A DNA stretch of 64,000 nucleotides from Podarcis pityusensis. Its lineage: Eukaryota. The position numbers and the translations under genes are program-made. The notes beneath the pieces were generated by a model. That model saw only the letters and a list, made by a program, of their open reading frames with translations. It did no database searches and was not told the DNA's origin. The DNA lies in the NCBI GenBank assembly GCA_964106645.2, contig OZ067046.1; one strand, given 5' to 3'. Position 1 is the stretch's first letter; every line of letters begins with the position of its first letter. This document shows positions 57,532-64,000 of this stretch, one piece after another.

Positions 57532-57746
57532 GTGCTATTTTTATTATTGGAAGCCTCGATTATGAGAGCTCCCCGGAGTATTATCTGACAGTGGAAGCCA
57601 CAGATGGAGGGACACCTTCCTTGAGTGATGTTGTGACAGTAAATATAAATGTAACAGATATCAATGACAACACTCCGGCATTCAGTCAAGACACTTACAC
57701 AGCAGTAATCAGTGAAGACGCTGAAGTTGAACAATCGGTTATTACA
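57532..57746 (+). CDS. FAT1: FAT1 exon 15 equivalent (215 nt)
   Basis: gtag|GT...ACA|gtatgt; [27 protein letters not shown]...EQSVIT. Confidence 0.96.
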
Positions 57747-58071
57747 GTATGTAATTCAGTTTCCCTCATCCCCTGCCATTTTTGTGTGTGAGAGATAGAG
57801 ATAGAGAGTGCATACACATGTGTAGAGTTATGGAATAAAAATCTATATGGAAAGCCTAAAATTCTTTAGTGAAAATTGTAAAACGTTCTGTATCGCAAAT
57901 GCATTTTCCATGAGATGAAAGGGAAAATAATTCAGCTGACAGTTGTGCATTTTGAACATTGCATTTTTCATTGAGTCTGTAGTATGCTAAACCAAAATTG
58001 TGAGATTTTGAATGTGCACCCCTTGTCTATTACCTTGACTTGTTTTTAAATGGGAACCTGATTCCCTCTAG

Positions 58072-58209
58072 GTTATGGCAGCAGATCCTGATGGGCCTTC
58101 GAACAACCACATTCGCTACACAATTATAGATGGCAACCAAGGGAGCCCTTTCACAATTGACCCCACCTTGGGTGAAGTTAAGGTGGCAAAACCTCTTGAC
58201 AGAGAGAAG
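58072..58209 (+). CDS. FAT1: FAT1 exon 16 equivalent (138 nt)
   Basis: ctag|GTT...AAG|gtaagc; VMAADPDGPSNNHIRYTIIDGNQGSPFTIDP...LDREK. Confidence 0.96.
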
Positions 58210-58664
58210 GTAAGCTGCTACGTTTTGAGATTCAAGGCATGGCTTTCCAGGTGTAAGAGAGCGGCATAATCTCCATTTGTTCCATGGGGTTTTTAAATGG
58301 ATAAACTTTAGAAAAGATTGGGGAAAAGCCCTGAGTGTGCCAGAGAGAGGAAAGATCTGGTTATTGCTGGTTATTCTCTCAAAGCAGTTCTTAAGTTGGG
58401 GGAAGGGATTGCGCAAGTCAAGCCTATCTGGAAATCAGAACCTCTGATTTTGGAGCCCTTCTTATCAATTCTGCTGTTTCTAGATGTCATCCATAATTGT
58501 TGCTGATAATGCCAACAGCAGTTAAGTATTATTGGTTTTGCATTTGGCAGTTTTGTAACGACAGTAAATAAAAGTGTATATGAGGCAGCAGATGCGAACA
58601 GGGCATTTCACTACAGAAGATTATAGCAGGAGGTGCAGTACTTATGAAAGTAACTTGGCTCAGA

Positions 58665-60811
58665 TACCATGCCTTTCAGCTGATTCCCTGGTGGCCCGCT
58701 GGAATGTGGAGTTAACCAGGGCTATTGACTGTTTGGCTCCGAAGTGCCCTCTCCAATTGCATGGAGCCCGGACAACCCCGTGGTTTTCCACAGATCTGAG
58801 GGCAATGAAACTATCGTTGAGGCGGCTAGAGCACCGGTGGCGGATAACTCATTCTGAAGCTGACCGGACACGGGTTAGAGCTCAATGTCGAGCCTACCAA
58901 GTGGCGGTAGCGACGGTGAAGAAGACTTTCTTCACCGCCTCTATTGCATCTGCAGAAAACAGCAGCAGGAGACATATTCAGGTGGTTCGCAATTTAGCAG
59001 AACCACCTGTTACATCGGGGCCCAGTACGGGCCACATGATCTCCTACAATGATTTTGCAAAGTTTTTTTGCAGATAAAGTCGCTCAGATTCGGGAAGAGG
59101 TAGACTCCACCTTGGGAGCAGGGCCGGGGTGGGAGAGTGCTAGAGTCCTGTGTAGTCAAATTGCGTGGGATCAATTCCAATCTGTTACCTCCGAGGATGT
59201 GTACAGGCAGCTTGGACAAGTGAAACCAACCACCTGTCTCCTTGATCCTTGCCCATCCTGGCTTATAAAAGCTAGTCGGGAAGGGCTGGGCGATGGGCTT
59301 TGTGGGGTGGTGAATGCTTCCCTCCGTGAGGGAGCCTTCCCAGACCCACTGAAAGAGGCGGTTATTAAACTTCTTCTTAAAAAACCATCTTTAGATGCGG
59401 CCACGATGGCCAACTATCGCCCAGTCTCAAATCTTCCATTCTTGGGCAAGGTGATTGAGCGAGTGGTTGCTGAACAACTCCAGGCACGCCTGGAAGAAGC
59501 GGACCATTTGGATCCCTTCCAATCGGGATTCAGGCCTCATCATGGGACTGAAACTGCCTTGGTCACACTCGTTGATCTCCGGCGGGCTAGGGACAAAGGT
59601 GAGAGCTGTTTCCTAGTTCTGCTGGATCTCTCAGCGGCGTTTGATACCATCGACCATAACATCCTTCTGGACCGTCTTGAGGAGCTGGGGGCACTGTCAT
59701 ACAGTGGTTCCGCTCCTTCCTCCTGGGCCATGTTCAGAAAGTGGGGGGGTGAGTGTTCAGACCCCTGGGCTCTCACTTGTGGGGTGCCTCAGGGTTCTGT
59801 CCTCTCCCCCATGCTTTTCAACATCTACATGCAGCCACCGGGAGAGATCATCAGGGGGTTTGGGCTGGGTGTTCGTCAGTATGCGGATGATACCCAGCTC
59901 TACCTCTCTTTTAAATCAGAACCAGTGAAGGCTGTGAAGGTCCTGTGTGAGTGTCTGGAGGCGGTTGGAGGATGGATGGCGGCTAACAGATTGAGGTTGA
60001 ATCCTGACAAGACAGAAGTACTGTTTTTGGGGGACAGGAGGCGGGCAGGTGTGGAGGATTCCCTGGTCCTGAATAGGGTAACTGTGCCCCTGAAGGACCA
60101 GGTGCACAGCCTGGGAGTCATTTTGGACTCACAGCTGTCCATGGAGGCGCAGGTCAATTCTGTATCCAGGGCAGCTGTCTACCAACTCCACCTGGTACAC
60201 AGCTGAGACCCTACCTGCCCACGGACTGTCTCGCCAGAGTGGTGCATGCTCTGGTTATCTCCCGCTTGGACTACTGCAATGCGCTCTACGTGGGGCTACC
60301 TTTGAAGGTGACTCGGAAACTACAACTAATCCAGAATGCGGCAGCTAGACTGGTGACTGGGAGCAGCCGCCGAGACCATATAACACCAGTCTTGAAAGAC
60401 CTACATTGGCGCCCAATACGTTTCCGAGCACAATTCAAAGTGTTGGTGCTGACCTTTAAAGCCCTAAACGGCCTCGGTCCAGTATACCTGAAGGAGCGTC
60501 TCCACCCCCATCGTTCTACGCGGACACTGAGGTCCAGCACCGAGAGCCTTCTGGCGGTTCCCTCACTGCGAGAAGCCAAGTTACAGGGAACCAGGCAGAG
60601 GGGCTTCTCGGTAGTGGTGCCCTCCCTGTGGAATGCCCTCCCACCAGATGTCAAAGAGAACAACAACTACCAGACTTTTAGAAGACATCTGAAGGCGGCC
60701 CTGTTCAGGGAGGCTTTTAATGTTTGATGTAGTACAGTATTTTAATCTTTGCTGGAAGCCGCCCAGAGTAGCTGGGGAAGCCAAGCCAGATGGGCGGGGT
60801 ATAAATAATAA

Positions 60812-60844
<33 letters not shown>

Positions 60845-60854
60845 GTTATTATTA
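58665..60854 (+). mobile_element. 5'-truncated L2-clade LINE with frameshifted ORF2 (RT) and (ATT)n tail
   Basis: ORF pieces with NYRPVSNLPFLGK, QSGFRPHHGTETAL, LDLSAAFDTIDH, GVPQGSVLSP, QYADDTQLY, SRLDYCNAL, HITPVLKDLHW; split across several frames; stop at 60727 then short 3' UTR and ATT repeat; 5' boundary approximate. Confidence 0.93.
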
Positions 60855-61392
60855 GAGTCCATGTCTCCTAAACTGTGGTTCGTAGGGTTAGGATTGTGTT
60901 TTGTCTTCCACGCTCCTTCCTCCCCTCCCTCTTTTCCTCACATGTGGGTTTCCTTCTCCACATCCTAGCTGTCTCTTACCATATTGTGTTGTGATACCAG
61001 AATTGACAAATTGCAATTAGGAGCTTACCTCTAACCCAAGGTTTGTAATCTTGCTTCAAATCATAGTTTGGAAGCAAAGTGGTAACTATGGTTTTCTGAC
61101 TTAGACGTCTTTAGGAAATGATGAAGGGAAACTCTGTGTAATAAGAGCAAAGGAGACTGTATCATGTTTTTTTTAGTCTGGTTTAGAGAATTGGGTTCAT
61201 GACAGGATAGCAGAGATGATGCGCAGATAATGTCTAAACAGTGAATGTGTGAAGACAACAAGCACTCTCACTGTATAAGATCCCAGATAGACCATACAAA
61301 ATGCCATAATGCAACATTCTAATATTGTTTAATTTCTTTTCTTTTTTTAATTGCCTATTTTTCTTAATATCTCCATGTGCTTCACTCTTAAG

Positions 61393-61536
61393 GTTTCTGG
61401 TTACACTCTGACAGTTCAAGCATCTGACAATGGAAACCCACCTAGAGTCAACACAACTACAGTTAATATTGATGTATCTGATGTAAATGACAACCCACCA
61501 GTGTTTTCCAAGGAGAACTACAGCATTATTATCCAG
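61393..61536 (+). CDS. FAT1: FAT1 exon 17 equivalent (144 nt)
   Basis: taag|GTT...CAG|gtaatt; [38 protein letters not shown]. Confidence 0.95.
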
Positions 61537-61664
61537 GTAATTTATATATCACATACACACTAATGGGAAACTCATATATATCACAGACACGCTAATGGGA
61601 AACTCAGTTGTGTGGATTGTCAGGGAGAGGACCACACCTTGGTCATTGCCACCAAGGTCCTGGG

Positions 61665-61735
61665 CAGTGCTTTTTTCTCTGGGGGTACTTAAGGGTATGC
61701 AGTGCCGTGACCTTTTTTCTAGAAGAAAAGCACTG
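61665..61735. mobile_element. Tiny hAT-like MITE (71 bp)
   Basis: TIR CAGTGCTTTT; TSD GTCCTGGG/GTCCTGTA (6 of 8 match). Confidence 0.65.
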
Positions 61736-63786
61736 GTCCTGTAGTATATTAAAATGTTAATATTTTTATTTCAGTTTGAAGTTTTGGAGTTGATAATACT
61801 GGTAATGGTAAGCAAAATTTGGCTTGGCTTACTAGCCAGACCACTTGCATCATCACTGAACCGTTTATGCCTTGGTTCCCACAGCTGGTACAGGTAATTC
61901 AGGGAAGGAATAAGTGTTTGTCCTTTTGGTGGGGTTTTGAAGACAGGGCAAACAGCACCTCTCTGTTGCTGTGTCCTACAAAAGTCCAGTGAGAAGGGGA
62001 AGAAACCACCCCTCTGCTCCCCAGGAGGAGTATTTTTTGATTTCCTTTCTGTGGGGGTTAGGCAGGAAGCAAAAGAGGTAAGTCGAAGCTGGTGCCTTTT
62101 GTCAAAGCACATTTTCTGGGGATGGAAGCTATCTCCCACCCCTACCGCTGCCACCATTTTCTACAGAGGAAAGAAGATATCATATTGTTCTTACTAGTTG
62201 AGCAGGAAAGTGCCGGCCATGCCTTCCAGCTTCCTCCTGCAAGAAAAGCTAATGGGAGGAGGGAAAGAAATTGCTGCTGCTGCTGCTTTTCTCCATGGGG
62301 AATGGGCAGTGGCCTTCTTCTCTTCCCATTAGGTTTTTGCAAGAGGCAGCAACAAGGCACAGCTGCTGTTTTCTGCAAAAGCCCGTGCTTTTGAGCAAAA
62401 TTGTTTTTCATTTCCTTCCCATTCTTTCCCCCCATGCTACGCACTGGACTTTGGGAGCATGGACTTGTAAAATGCCTCCTGAAAAGAAAAAGAAAAACAA
62501 AAAACACGAAGGGAAATAAATTACCCCATGTTGCAGCCTCAGAGAAGAAAGAGGGTATTTTTTCCCTCCCTGTTCCTTACAGTTTTGTGCAGGATATTAC
62601 AGCATGGCACTGCTGGTACTTTTTACAAAAGCCCAACTTTTGGGAGAGAAAATGCCTTTGCTTTCCTCCCTGAGCAACGGGAGGGCAAGAAAGTTGTGTT
62701 TCCAAAAGCAGGGCATAGGCGCACACCACATCGTGGAGGGTTACTGTCTTACAGTAAGCAGCTTTATTGAATCCTCCATATTACGAAAAGCACATCATTG
62801 ATTCCGTAATGTTGATTTGCTGGAAAGCAGTAGTTAGCGAGTAATCAAGAGTGGCAATTGTTAACAATTTGCAGGGGCCTTGTACGGTGATCAAAATAGG
62901 CACCCTTCGATTAGTTTGTTAACAGCCTTGTGTTTACTCCCAAATCTAAACTGATGCACCAAGAAGCAAGTTTGTACAGTCTCATCTGAAGGCTGGAATT
63001 GGAATGGGAAGGAATCTTGGATTTTCCATTACTCACTGACCAACAATGATGTGTGGATGCACTTTGAAAGAAGATAGCTGGTAGTGTTGATTGAGCTGAA
63101 GAACAGCAGAGAGATGTTGGCGAATGTGCTCTTATAAATGGTTTGGGGGTGTTTTTTTAACGGTACACAGAGAGTTTATTGTGCAGTAGGCTAGGAAAGA
63201 AACAGCTTGGTGGAGTTGAATCCAGTTTGCCCAATGTATCCATTCCTCTTATAATAATGCAACACAGTACAATGCTGAATCTTTGATTTCAGTATGGCAA
63301 AAATAAGTCACAGAAGCAGAGGTTCTAATTGTGCCAACATGACCGAGTCTATTGCCTCGGACACGATAGGGTTACCGCATAAATGTATGAACCAGACAAA
63401 GAATGGGAGACAGTGAGCTTTGTCCTCCTTTTAACCAGATAGGAAGTGGAATGACAGAGAGATTAAGAGATTTACTTCACAAGAAGGTTACAACACAGGC
63501 AGGAAGTAATCCTGGATCTTTTAGCTCTCAGCTGTTTTACACATAAGAATTTTCCTAATAGGTCAGCTCAGTATCTCATTCTGCTCTCCAGCCTACCTCA
63601 GCAGTGGCCGTTTTAGAGAAATTGCTGCAGTTACGTCCCAGCTGTGGAGTGAATCAACTATTCCCATGCATTTCGCCCCCTTTCATTTTCTCTTTATGTG
63701 CCTGCCATGACCTCTCATAGGTTCTAGGCACAGAGATTGAGATTAGTCATAGAGTCTCATAGAATTATAGAGTTTGAAGGGACCAT

Positions 63787-64000
63787 AGGTAAAGGGACCC
63801 CTGACCATTAGGACCAGTCGTGGCCAACTCTGGGGTTGCAGCACTCATCTCGCTTTATTGGCCAAGGAAGCTGGCGTACAGCTTCCGGGTCATGTGGCCA
63901 GCATGACTAAGCCGCTTCTGGCAAACCAGAGCAGCGCACGGAAACGCCGTTTACCTTCCCACTGGAGTGGTACCTATTTATCTACTTGCACTTTGATGTG
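63787..64000 (-). mobile_element. Sauria-type SINE (runs off the window), abutting a short CR1 3' tail
   Basis: Matches the 28074 copy; preceded by catagaattatagagtttgaagggacc (CR1 end, minus strand). Confidence 0.88.

Noticed and set aside
63330-63732. Possible solo LTR bounded by TGTGCC...GGCACA
   Set aside because: No matching TSD on the flanks and no second copy in the window

Overview
Vertebrate genomic DNA, most likely from a squamate (lizard; inferred from Sauria-type SINEs). The + strand carries 15 consecutive internal coding exons of the giant atypical cadherin FAT1 (equivalent to exons 3-17, 7085 nt in total). All have AG/GT boundaries and compatible phases; the gene starts before and ends after this window. 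The introns hold Sauria SINEs, L2/CR1/L1 LINE fragments, Tc1/mariner and hAT MITEs and microsatellites. The standout feature is an apparently intact, very young 6568-bp Ty3/Gypsy (Tf1/sushi-like chromovirus) LTR retrotransposon inserted antisense in intron 13 (48327-54894, 5-bp TSD GTTTG; the LTRs differ by 1 substitution and one 6-bp indel). It shows: (i) no tRNA primer site, but a perfect 12-nt self-priming duplex between the predicted transcript 5' end and the PBS; (ii) a PEG10-type GGGAAAC -1 frameshift site followed by a predicted pseudoknot; (iii) a chromodomain-like region lacking its aromatic cage; (iv) a Pol frame that continues ~370 codons past the chromodomain, through the PPT, all of U3, the TATA-like box and the self-primer, ending in R. 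This acidic tail carries an F-x8-FxGF motif resembling LEDGF/TND-interacting motifs and a basic NLS-like end. All calls were made by eye; family names for non-autonomous repeats are provisional.
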